Of a stretch of 64,000 nucleotides of DNA, positions 37,705 through 49,279 are shown one piece after another. Location of the stretch: assembly GCF_006345805.1 (NCBI RefSeq), contig NW_021834409.1, positions 1,650 to 65,649 of the forward strand. Reading direction: 5' to 3'. How positions within the stretch are numbered: the first letter of the stretch is position 1; every line of letters begins with the position of its first letter. Origin of the DNA: Octopus sinensis. Lineage: Eukaryota. A program made the translations under genes and the position numbers. The notes under the pieces are model-generated. The model did no database searches and was not told where the DNA came from. It saw only the letters and a list, made by a program, of their open reading frames with translations.

Positions 37705-40053
37705 TATTATTATAAAGCACTTTCGGAAAAGTCATAAGTTAATTAAGCTTTCCTTGTGCCACCATTGAAATTCTCCCGGTCATGCGTCTCCAGGCTCTCC
37801 GTCAGTTGCGATCGTCCTGAGTGAGTCGAGATCATCGCCATTTTTCAGTTTTTTATTAATTCCAGCTAGATCTTCATTTAGCGTGGTAGCCAGAGTGACC
37901 CTGGGTCTTCCACGGAAGTCTCCTTTGGAATGGGCAAAGTAGTTTTCCATCGCGATATTCGGCGGAGTGAGGCTGTCAAGTCTTAATATGTGTCCAAAGA
38001 GTCGCCATCTGGACTCCAGGATGTCCATAGAGATCGGTCTCGAATTGCATCTTTTGTATAGGGTGGAATTTGCTATTTTCCTTGAGAATTGCATGTTTAT
38101 CACTCTTCTCAGTTGGTTCCGATGAAATCGGTCCAAATTGTTCATATCGGTCTTACTGATTCCCCACGTCGATCCATTGTACATTAGGACTGGGACAACA
38201 AATGTGTTGTATATTTTAAGTTTTGTCTTTGATTTAGCTTCTTTAGGCGCCAGATGTTCATAAACTTATTGTATGTGGCAATTGATAGTATTTTTCTGTG
38301 CATAATGTCTTCAGAGTCCCCTAAGAGAGATCCGACTTTTTTTTGTCTTCTCCAGGGCTCATCATGAGTTCGTTCAGATCGAATAAATTTCGTATGTTCA
38401 GTTTTATTGTGGTTGATTGTTAGAAACCATTTGGAAAAAATATCTGGTAATGTTTCGATAATAAATCGAAGGGTTTCAGCATCATCAGATACGAAGTCGA
38501 CATCATCAGCATATATTATTTCGTTGTATTTAGTGTTGTCCACAAGAGGCCGAAAGTCTCTGAGTGCTGCCTCTAGGTAGACGATAAAGAGAACTGGGGA
38601 CAGCGAATCGCCTTGTGGTATGCCCCGTGATGTGTAGAAATAGTTTGACACATTTTTACCAAGTTTGGTTGCTAATTGAGTGTTCTGAAGAAGAATTAGG
38701 ATTATTCTGATGTCGTCATGATTTAAGAAGGTCATAAGTATTTCCACAAGTTTAGTTCTGTGAACAGAGTCGAATGCTCTGGACATATCGATGCCGAGTA
38801 TTTCAGTGCAATGTTTATATTTTTGGCATGTGGCAGCTGTCCATCTGTGAGTCCAGATCACATCAGCAGTGGACCTGCCAGTTCTAAAGCCACTTTGTCC
38901 CGGTGACAGAAAGTTTTCCACCTTGGTTCTTATCCTCTCTAATGCGATCAACGACAGTGTTTTCCGAAGCGTCGTTAGCAAAATAATAGGTCTTAGGCTG
39001 GATAGGGGTCCTTTTTGTTTTCCAGGTTTCTGTAGAGGAATTAACCATCCTTTGCCGAGGTCTAATGGGTTGTTCTGCTCAAATGCCTTGTTCAGGATAT
39101 TTGCAGCGATTTCAGCAAACTTCATTGGCGCATATTTTACTAGTTCAGGTGGGATATTGTCCGGTCCCCCAGACCTGCCGGTTTTCAGTTTCTTCATTGC
39201 CTCCAATATTTCGTAAGTGGTTAATGGGGAACTTAGTGCCCCTACAGTATATGGGTAGGGTTTGTATCCTGATTCATCCTCCCAGTTAAGCATTTTGTAG
39301 TAGTATTCAGATATAGCCTCTACCTTACTCTTGTTGTCAATGATAGCCGCTTCCGTGGTGTCCCAGACAGTGATCGAATTTTGCCTCTTTTTTTTGCTTA
39401 GCAGCCTCATTGCCATGAACATTTTCGTGTCGTCCTTTTGTTTTGTTATGTGTTGAAATTGCTCTTCTGTTTCTTTGTACACTAGCAATTTCTGTGTTTT
39501 CTTGATGTTTAGTAATATCATGTTCCGTAATTTTCGGAGTTCTCTTATTTTTTTTGGGTTGCTGGAGTTTTGTATTTTTAACCTCAAGGTTTTCTGCTTT
39601 TCTGAGAGGGAGCAAATCTCGTTATCGTGAAATTTGTGTTTTTTTCGAGTGAGTCCAACAACATTTACAGCTGTCTTCTTCATTGCACTGGTCACTGCAT
39701 CCCAAATCGCATTTGCAGGTTTTGTTGTGTCAATATTGTCGAGTTCTTCCTGTAGTTTGTCTGCATAGTTCTGTTTGAGTTTTTCATCACGGAATAATTC
39801 AAGATTATAGCTTTCTTGTTCATCATGCGTAAGTTTTTTCAGTTTGTTGTATGTCTTGTACAGTCCGATGCTAGTGATTACTAGTTTGTGGTCACTATTT
39901 GTCTCCAGTCCCCCGTATGAACGTGAATCCACAAGTAGATGTTTATGGGCAGCTTTGCAGAGGATGTAGTCTATTTGATTGAATATAGGTATGTAATTTC
40001 CATTTGAGTCCGTTCTGGTTCCAGTCCATGTTGTTTTGTGCCTGGCTGGATGA
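37705..40053 (-). mobile_element. 5'-truncated RTE-like LINE
   Basis: 582-aa ORF from the APE end (QIDYI, SDHK) through RT (GIPQGDSLSP, YADD), then a frameshifted C-terminus; AAT-type tail near 37705. Confidence 0.9.
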
Positions 40054-40329
40054 CGGATCTATATCTCCAATCTAGGATTTAAAAAAGTTAAAACTTTTAA
40101 GGGTCGCGCAAATTTACAAATTTCACAGTTTCGAATGACTTTTTGAATAATCTCATTTTTAACTGTGAAATATCGTTGTCGACATTCATACTCAATTTTG
40201 TTAACTCCTCCATGCGAGAAGTCATGCAAACTTTTAGCAACGATCTCCATTTCGGGTTCATTGTCTAGACAAATCACTAGCTTGTGATCTGAATTAGCAC
40301 ATTTAAGATACAATCTATACATTGCTTCC

Positions 40330-40609
40330 CAGGACTGTCGCAAACCCGGGTTCCGCCAGTGCGCTGGCTGAAGAGACAAAGATGACGAAATACCGGTGTA
40401 TTTCGGACGCTTTTGAGTTTGCCCCCCTCGCCTTCGAAACCTCTGGAATCGTCGGAAAGGCTGCGACTCAACTCCTCACCGCCATTGGTAGAAAAATCTT
40501 CACAAAAACAAACGACCGGAGGGAGACGAGCTGGCTGTTCCAGCGAATCTCGGTTGCTGTGCTCCGCGGAAACTGCCACTCAATACGCAGCGCGGCATCG
40601 TTGAGCTGA
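40330..40609 (+). mobile_element. CRE-like 3' fragment
   Basis: AEETKMTKY...FAPLAFETSG...RETSWLFQRISVAVLRGN. Confidence 0.85.
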
Positions 40610-41399
40610 CCCTCAGGCTCTTGACAATTCCCTTAGCCACCCAATTGCTTACTGTCAGAAATACAAATTAATTTTATCAAAAAAAAAAAACTATACATTT
40701 ACAATTTGTATGATACCTTTCATTAATTACAGTAAAATTTTCAATTTTCTTAACTAGTCTATATTTTTTTTACTTTGTAAGATGTTCAGGAAATTTATTC
40801 TGTAAAGCATCTTTAAAATTTGATATTCCAAAATATTCTTTACATAACCTTTGTACGAGGACATTGCTGCAAAATATACTTGCACGCTAGAAATAACTCA
40901 AGAAATTTAGGTTTTCCACCAAAAAATTAATTTCTGATAATTAAATTCCTACAAATATATTTTTTTGTCAAAATGAGAGAGTCTTTAGCTAATTTAGTAA
41001 ATTATTAAATGATAAAAATGAGTCGCGGTCTAATTAAAAGATTTATAATTTAATCCCATCAATGTCATAATTGCACATTTCAAGGTCACGTCAGGTATCA
41101 CGCGGCCCATAGGTATCGCGCAAACCATGTCACATAATATTATTACATAATACTTTTTTGAATAATATTATTTTTGAACACTTGATACTTATCTTTGTGT
41201 AATTCCTTCCAAGATTTTTATTAAAACAAAAATTAAAATTGCAAAGTGTCTACAAACTTTTCGTGAAAGAGTTGCAAAAAATTTTAAGATAAGCAAAGGT
41301 ACTATTTCCCGAATAAAAAACATTTCTTCTTTCATTAAGTTTTGGAAGAAATAATAACTGAAGTAGTATCTAAAGAAAACGAAGATTAGTCAAAAGTCG

Positions 41400-44171
41400 C
41401 GAATTTTATAATGGAATCGGGACAGAGGACAAAACAACGATATAAGAAACGTATGGTGGGAGCGAAATATAATGAAAGAAGACTCCAAGACGATGGAAAC
41501 TCTTCGGATAGTTGGGAGGGATCCCTCTATCTGTTATGGGTGTAATAAGATCAACACCAGGAAATGTGGCGTTTACTGTTCAATGTGTAATAAATTCTGG
41601 CATATTAGCTGCGCGCACCTTACCAAAGCCGCAGTGAAATTACTCCGGCGCTGGAGCTGCCACTGTTGTGGCTTTACTCGAAATCGCGGCTTCGCAGCAC
41701 CAGTCTCCTTCGCTTCATGAACCCAAATCAGAACACTATATTCTCAAAATTTCCAACTTACGGAAATCTAAGAAGATACCATTACGTATCCCTAAACAGG
41801 CTCGGATCTCAGCGGCAAACTGCTTGTGCGATCTTATCACTGATGCGCTAAGCTCCGGGGGGGACCATTCTTGGATCCGTCTCCTCTCTTTTGCACCTTG
41901 TGTGTTTGGACAAGCAATTGATGGTTCAGTACAAAAGAAGAGTCTCTCGGCTGCCATTAAGTCGAACTCTGCGAGATTGGATGTCTCATGGATTGATTTC
42001 GATTGTGAAGCGACCAATTACCAAACGTGCATCACGGAAAAATCCCCCCGTGGTTCAAAACCCAAGTTAGTCGTAAACTCATGGATGGCGACATCCGTGC
42101 GGCAGTTCGGGTCCTTTCGTCCGCTGATTCACTTGCTGAATCTACTGCCGAGACTTTGGAACACCTCAAAAACAAACATCCGATGCCCCCAGATGACTTA
42201 CGGGAGTTTCCCACACGAGAGAATGCAATTATACTGTCAATTTCTGATGATGAAATTTTGAAGGGATTAAATCTTTCAGACCGAGTAGCAGTGGGGGATT
42301 TGATGGTCTCCGGCCGAGTCATATAAAGGACATGATTCCCCGATTGACTATGGAGACTGGAATCCGCCTGATCAAGTGTATTACCAAGCTTGTCGAACGG
42401 ATTGTCAATGCTGAGATTTCAGGCTTTGCAAGGGATCTACTTTTCTGTTCACACCTTATTGCTTTCCGAAAGAACGATGGAGGAGTCCGCCCCATTGCAG
42501 TCGGTAATGTCTTCCGGAGGCTCGCATGCAAAATTGTAGCCCGAAGAGTCTGTCCCCGTGTTGCCGCTGAATTATCTCCAGTCCAACTGGGAGTTGGTGT
42601 TTCCAACGGATGTGAAGCTGCTGTCCACGCGACAAGAGCTTTTTTTTCACCTGACACAAGACATTCCCCAATTCCTTTGCGGTGAAGCTGGATATCTCAA
42701 ACGCGTTCAACAGTCTGAGAAGGGACTGTATGCTGGAATCGTGCTCGCAGCGTACCCCAGAGATCATGAGTCTGGCTCACCTTGCTTACGGGTCCGAAAG
42801 TTCGCTTGTCTTTGACAAACACATTGTCCGTTCACGGACTGGAGTCCAACAAGGTGACCCTCTTGGGCCCTTACTATTCGCTCTGTCAATCGACGAGGTG
42901 GCTCGTAATGTAAAGACACCTCTCAACCTTAGTACCTTGACGATGCCACTATTGGTGGCCCTGTTGATGTCGTCTTGGATGAGTTATATAAAATTGTTCC
43001 TGCCCTGGCAAAAATGGGGCTGATAATCAACACCAAAAAAACTGAGATCATAAATATCTCAGTCCCAATTCAAGACTTTGGCTTAGTATTGGAAAAGATT
43101 TCAGAAATCTTGCCAGACACAAAACAAACACGCCTCAACGATGTTTATTTTCTTGGTGTCCTTTCGGAGAGTCCGAAGTGCAAAACCACCTCAGAGCTAA
43201 GAGTGTCGAAATGTCCCGTTTTACTGAACGCCTCTCTCTACTTGACTCCCACACGGCCTTTTTCCTCCTCAAAAATTGCATCCACGTGCCCAACTGTTAT
43301 ATTTATTGAGATGCTCGCCCTGCTTTATACAAGATGAAATATTGCATTCTATCGATGATACGTTAAGATTGTGTGCCGAGTTGATCCTAAATGTCCGTTT
43401 CGATATGATGGGGGTGGACCCAGTGTAAACTACCTCTTAATTCTGGCGGAGCTGGCCTAAGATCCGCCCTGGACCTTGCCCTCCCAGCTTTCCTGTCCTT
43501 TCACTCATCCTGCCGAAGGCTATCCTTGGAGATTCTACATAAATCCCCCGAATCTTCTTTGGACAGGCCTTTTGAAGATGGATGTATGCTGTGGAAGGAA
43601 TCAGGATTAAAATTCCCGATCCAAACATCACTCCAACAGAGCTGGGACAAATTACGCTGCGAATTCACCGCAGACAACCTGGCAATGAGGCTCGACCAGC
43701 ACCGCCTCGCCTGCTTACGCTCTGCAGCTGTGCCACACTGGGTCATGGCTGAATGCTATGCCAATTGCTGGCCTCGGAACATTATTAGAGGATGACTGCA
43801 TGCGTATCGGTACTGCACTGAGACTCGGACTTGACATCTGCGAACAACATCGTTGTAGATGTGGAAAAACGGTTGACGTCAAAGGTGTACACCCACTCTC
43901 TTGCAAACGAAGTGCTGGCCGAGCTCCTCGCACTCCGCTATTAACAATGTTATCTTAAGAGCTCTTGAGTCGGCGGGCTTCCCTCGATCCTAGAGCCAGT
44001 GGGCTTAGATCGTGGAGATGGGAAAAGACCCGATGGAATGACCACTTTTCCCTACTCCTGTGGAAAATCGTTGGTTTGGGATTCAACGTGTGTTGACACC
44101 CATTCCAAAACTAATATGATCTCTTCTGCTGTTTCTCCACGTGCCCAAACTGTTATATTTATTGAGATGCT
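41400..44171 (+). mobile_element. Long CRE-like non-LTR retrotransposon (PHD-like finger, RT, CCHC, RLE), 3'-truncated and frameshifted
   Basis: C..C...C..C...WH..C...W.C..C; RIPKQAR; GGVRPIAVG..FRRL; KLDISNAFNS; GVQQGDPLGPLLF; YLDD (shifted); CRCG...HPLSC; KRPDG...WDSTCVD. Confidence 0.9.
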
Positions 44172-44519
44172 AATTTTAGGCAAAGGGATGGACCTCAGTA
44201 GATCGCCACTATACGTGGCTTTCGTATGTACAGTTCCCATGCCAGTATATGTCGTTTGCATATAATTTAGCACAAAGCTCAGTGAAAATGCAAGTCAACC
44301 TGGTGTAACAACAGTTATTAGTGTTATCAACGACACCAAGCCAGTAGCAGCATAAAAGCATAAATTTGCTATACAAGAGCTTCGAACAATATCGTTGCAG
44401 CCAGTCAAGATTCTAACTTAGAGGCGTTCAGTTATTATCTTTCAGACGATAGCTTCGCACCACTGACTTTTCAGTCAAGTGCATGAACCAAATGTCTGAC
44501 TCTGCAGTTCATTACGTAA

Positions 44520-45900
44520 TTTGCAGAATTACTGTGGCAACGAATAAATGAATGGGACTGTGAAGACTATGGAAATGACATTGTTGTTGATTGGACAGAG
44601 TTTGACTACGACCTAGAAGGCATAGTGAAAGATGTTTTTGACACTACAGTTGGCTCGAAAGTATTAAAGGAAAGGGACTATAATCTTAACTCTCCAATAA
44701 TTTTAGATGACCTTGACCTCCTAACTGGTGACACCAAGGCATTGATGAGCCTCAACCAAGGGAACTTGAGAACTCATTACAATAGCAGGAGACTAAGTGA
44801 GTTGATTCCACACAACTCAATTATAAAAAGTGAGAATATACACAAGGTGATCTTTGGCAAGGTCATCTCGCACGGTCACACAGAAGGGAATTGCCGAGTG
44901 TACAAGTCAAAGATTAGGGACATTGTGATTAGACCATTTAGGAAGAACCAAAAGTCATTTGAACTGGTGAGAACATTTTACAACTCGTCAATGCAGATGG
45001 GGGGCACAGGGGTCTTCGATGACTACATGAAACAGGCGAACGGTAAGCTTCTCAACCTCACAGAGAACACTGATTTTGTTATTTGGTACAAAGACCTCTT
45101 ATTTTGGAAGTTGATTACATTGTTAATGAATACTCAAGACAGCGATGAAGTCACGAATATTTTGAACAATTGTGCATCGATCAAATACCTTGAGGAAATC
45201 AAAGAGTTCATCTGTGATCCATCTGGTACGATCACTTTGATTGCAAGGGACCAAAGACAGTACGTCATCACGCCGAGTTGTGTATTACTACCTGACCATC
45301 AGCTGGTTTTGACACGTTCACTGGTTCTAATGATAAAAGATGTTTTGCAATCACGAGTAAACACCTTGATAATCAAAAATGGAACAATTACCAGAGACAT
45401 GAATCCACATACCAAGTTTTTGATGTGATGGATAGAGCATTCGGGTTCAGAGATGTGATTTCCCGATCACACAAGATTTTCCAAAATACATTGTATTATT
45501 ACTCCGATGCACCATTTTTATTCACGATTGACGATGACCTTAAAGGTGTTAATTTAACTGAACAAATTGTTTGTTGGAACGGGCAGGCAGGTGGGTTGGA
45601 GGGCCTGAGACAGAAGGGCTGGTGTATAGTTTCGCTTTTGATGATACACCATGAGAAAGAGAACAAAAGGAATGCATCGGTGAGAATCCTCGCCCAGGGT
45701 GATAACCAAATAGTGTGTGCAACATATAGAGTAGCTGGCTACCCTGACACACCTGAGTGGGATAATGAAGCTGATAGTATATGCTCACATATCAAAAGGC
45801 TGATAGAAGACATCAGGTCAGGTGCCAACAAACTTGGATTGAGAATTAAAGAAGAGGAAACTTGGGCGTCAACCTCCTTCCTGGTGTATGGGAAAATTAC
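44520..45900 (+). other. L: Endogenous viral element: rhabdovirus-like (Mononegavirales) L polymerase, internally deleted
   Basis: DYNLNSP at 44676; motif A LDNQKWNNYQR at 45365-45397; motif B GGLEGLRQKGW at 45590-45622; motif C AQGDNQ at 45692-45709; ends at YGK. Confidence 0.95.
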
Positions 45901-45919
45901 GCTTAAAAAATTAAATTCT

Positions 45920-46627
45920 AATTCTATATGTGCCTCCAATCAAGTGAGCCACATATCTCACGTGTTTAAAGTTTGAGAATAGTATGCACCCAATCTGAGC
46001 ACAGATCTCTAATCATTCGCTTTAACATATGAAACTTTTTACGAACACCAGCTATCCTGAGAGAAATTTCGGAGAGAACCAGCTACTAGATGGCTCGATT
46101 AGTATTTCGCCCCTATACCCAGCTTCGACAATCGATTTGCACGTCAGAACCGCGATAGACCTCCACCAGTGTTTCCACTGGCTTCATCTTAACCAGGTAT
46201 AGTTCGCCATCTTTCGGGTCTTAACGCATTAGCTAACACTCCCTAATAAACCGTAGTTACAATTAGGGGCGTATGTTGCAGGTTTAACACCCTCACATCC
46301 AGTTACTTTCATTACGCCGCATGGAATAACTCCATTAGACTTGCTAATACGGTAATCTCCTTGGTCCGTGTTTCAAGACGGGTCGGATAGAACACCCATG
46401 CATGTTAATCATCCAAAAGCTATCCTCAATACTCACCAACAAGCTGCTAGAATCATTACCCTAACAATAAACAGCATACACAGCCATCAAAAGGGCACAT
46501 TAAAACTAGCAACCAGTTAGAACACTCATTACAGCTGCTTTGCGTCCCAACTGTAACGCAAAGCGTCAAGGCTCTATCCGCTTCCTTCTAAACGGTTTCA
46601 CGCACTTTTAACCCTTTTCTCAAAGTT

Positions 46628-46664
<37 letters not shown>
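45920..46664 (-). rRNA. 28S: Isolated 28S (LSU) rRNA fragment, D1 end through D3 region; pseudogene
   Basis: Reverse complement contains CGATAGCGAACAAGTACCGTGAGGGAAAG, CCCGTCTTGAAACACGGACCAAGGAG, GACCCGAAAGATGGCGAACTA, CCATCTAGTAGCTGGTT and TATTCTCAAACTTTAAA. No other rDNA in the window. Confidence 0.95.
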
Positions 46665-46744
46665 AGCAGATGCTGCAGAGCAAAGAAAAATTAATATTTT
46701 AAACTTTAATAATTACAATGAATGACAGCAATAAAAACAAACGA

Positions 46745-46942
46745 CAAAATACCAAAAAATATCAAAATACCAAAAAATATCAAAATACCAAAAAATATCA
46801 AAATACCAAAAAATATCAAAATACCAAAAAATATCAAAATACCAAAAAATATCAAAATACCAAAAAATATCAAAATACCAAAAAATATCAAAATACCAAA
46901 AAATATCAAAATACCAAAAAATATCAAAATACTAAAAAAGAT
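46745..46942 (+). repeat. 18-bp minisatellite (CAAAATACCAAAAAATAT), 10 perfect copies plus 1 variant
   Basis: Direct count; explains the repetitive ORFs at 46706-46991. Confidence 0.95.
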
Positions 46943-47313
46943 CAAAATAAACAAAAATATACTAAATATAATAATTTTAAAATCTAAATGAATGAAGATT
47001 AAATAATTGAAAAAATGAATATAAATACACTTGCAAAATAAACTTTATTCAAGATATTTTACCAGTAATCAGTTTAATTAATCTTCAAACAAATAAAAAA
47101 ACGAAAATTTTAAAAATACAACATTGATAGCAAAGTAAAATTAAATAAAAATTAACAGCACAAACACCAACACAAGAAAATAATATAACGTGGACTTAAT
47201 GTAATTAATTTATTGTATTTAATTCGATAAATCAAGAACATTTAAAAATAATAAATAAAATTTAATTTCACCGTCTATTAGATGAACCAAGCAGTTTGAA
47301 TGGACCGACTACT

Positions 47314-49168
47314 TGTATTAAAATAAATGTACTTTTTATAAAATAAATGACGATCGAATTATTTTTAAGTTAATGGATAAATCTTTTTCTAATAAAAATT
47401 ATTGTTACGCATTGCAGCATGGTTTTAGTGAAACTTTTTTTTGCATAAAATACAAAAAATTACCTATATCTTAATTCATATCGCGACAAAAATCTATTTA
47501 GAGCAAATAACTTGACTCTGTCAATTGAGAAGTGCATCCTCACTCGACTATCAGCAGGAAGAAGTGCAAAAACCTTGCCATACACGATTGACTATATCCG
47601 GAAGATCCAATCGTTTTTATTCCTGGGAGTCCAATTTTCTGAAAGTGAAAAGTGTGAAGAAGACATTATTCTATCGAAAAACGGTGTACACATATGATCA
47701 TTTGCCTTATTAAATTTTGCCTACTCGCTGAGACGGTGCTATTCATTTTCCGAGTAGCAATTCTTCCTGTACTGATGTATGGGCTGAAAGGTGGATCTTG
47801 TCCCCTTATAAGGAAAGAATTATTAAACTACTGGAAAAAACGAGTTGATTAGCGCTCAAGGTGGCCTTTTGCGTAAATCTGCGAGTTAAATTACCGAGCT
47901 GTCAGGAATCTTTTCCTATGATTGGTCACTTTGTCGAAAGCCAGTTCCGAAAGTTTGCAGAAAACATGAATAGGTTGAAGTCTTCTCCGGAAGACCGGAT
48001 AGATTTCTCAATGACCTGCCGTATCTTCGGAGACTTTGGTCTCCGCCCAACTTGGGACCGGGCCTCGCGGGGTAAGCCTGTAAGCTAGCTTCAGAGCATA
48101 GCGCCGGGTCCTTTCCGCATTTCCTGTTAATTTTCTTAAGATCTTTCGAGTAGTAACACGCTTTTATCCCGTACAGCAACCTTGATAGGATGGTTGCGTG
48201 GAACACGAAGAAAAAACTTCTTGGTCCAGATGCATGCTTCTTAAGAGGCAGAGAGCTGCGATGGCTTTTGCTCTTTTTTGACATGCAGACAGTAACTCTT
48301 CAACATTTGGAATACAAGTAGCGAGTGTGAATATTCCTCTCTGGGTGGACGGGAATACAAACACTCAGTCACTCCAACCGGACATGCTTATTCACTCACT
48401 GCTCCTAAACTTTGTGCCCTCAGTTTTCACGGAGGTTCCACATTTTGGCGGGAAGGCCTCCCTCCGTGCTTGGCAGAGAAGTATTCCCTTCTCTCCCAGA
48501 ATATAAATACGCTGATTAAATCGCGAATTGTGATTTTCCTTTATATTATTAAATTAATACAAATATTGCGTAGCCTGTCTTTATTCGGTTTCAGTTCATC
48601 ACAATTCAAAAAGTAATCAAACATGTTTTTTTCAAATAAATGGAGAACAGAGACAAAATCCTTTACATTTCAGTTAAAGAAATTGTTGTGAATATGTCCA
48701 CATCATATACTTGTTTGACATAGCAATATCTTTCGAGCAAAACCACCAAAAACACGATCAGTCGACTTGTCCTTTACGAAAAAATGTGGAAGATATTATT
48801 AAAAAAATTTATTTTTTTTAAAATCATGAATTGAGAAAGGAAGTGCAAATGAATGATGTTACTAATTGCAAAACTCTTGCTTCAATCGTTGTTTTTTAAT
48901 CTTTTAAAAAAATTATTAATTCTATTTTAATCGAACAGACTCCGTCACTATAGAAAACAAAATGAATCAAAACAGTTACTTTCCATTATCTACTTTCTAA
49001 ATTGCAGTAAAAAGTAATTAACAGTTATCGCAAAACTACATTTAAAATTCTGTTTCTTATTTAGAAATATAAATCGACAAAATTTAGACAAGTCGAATAT
49101 TATCCATTAACTTAAAATAATTCGATCGTCATTTATTTATTAAAAAATCATTTTTATTTTAAAACAAA
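47314..49168. mobile_element. Segment bounded by inverted repeats, enclosing decayed LINE fragments
   Basis: AAATAAATGACGATCGAATTATTTTTAAGTTAATGGATAA at 47341-47380 is inverted at 49102-49140 with one indel, with weaker outward extension. No target-site duplication recognised. Confidence 0.5.
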
Positions 49169-49279
49169 AAAATTTTAGTTGTTGTGGTGTGTGCATGTAC
49201 GTTTCCAAGCAGTTAAGGAAAACGAAACCTACGGCCTTCCTGCAATAAAAAGAACTTAAAAAGACAGGACCGTCGCCTA

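Larger units (their letters stand above)
37160..41134 (-). mobile_element. Ginger2/TDD-like integrase transposon hosting RTE and CRE insertions
   Basis: About 56-bp TIRs (TGTGACATGGTTTGCG...CCTTGAA, 3 mismatches), 5-bp TAATA duplication at 37155-37159 and 41135-41139. HHCC motif HDFSHGG...CEIC near 40120-40230; core QIDLID...IDVYS|RFAFARPL...LQSDNGTEF at 37400-37680. Confidence 0.8.
37009..41330 (+). mobile_element. pogo/Tigger-like 5' remnant split by the Ginger-like insertion
   Basis: TA|CAGTCGAACC end at 37009. An HTH-like KIKIAKCLQTFRERVAKNFKISKGTISRIKN lies at ~41225-41325, after the Ginger right end. Confidence 0.55.

Noticed and set aside
45920-46664. Functional rDNA unit, or an R2-type target-site insertion
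   Set aside because: Only ~750 bp of 28S is present, with no 18S, 5.8S or ITS, and the fragment ends well upstream of the canonical R2/R4 target region.
46706-46991. Repeat proteins (NTKKYQ)n, (IPKNIK)n, (FFGILI)n
   Set aside because: These are open frames through an 18-bp minisatellite on both strands, with no gene context.
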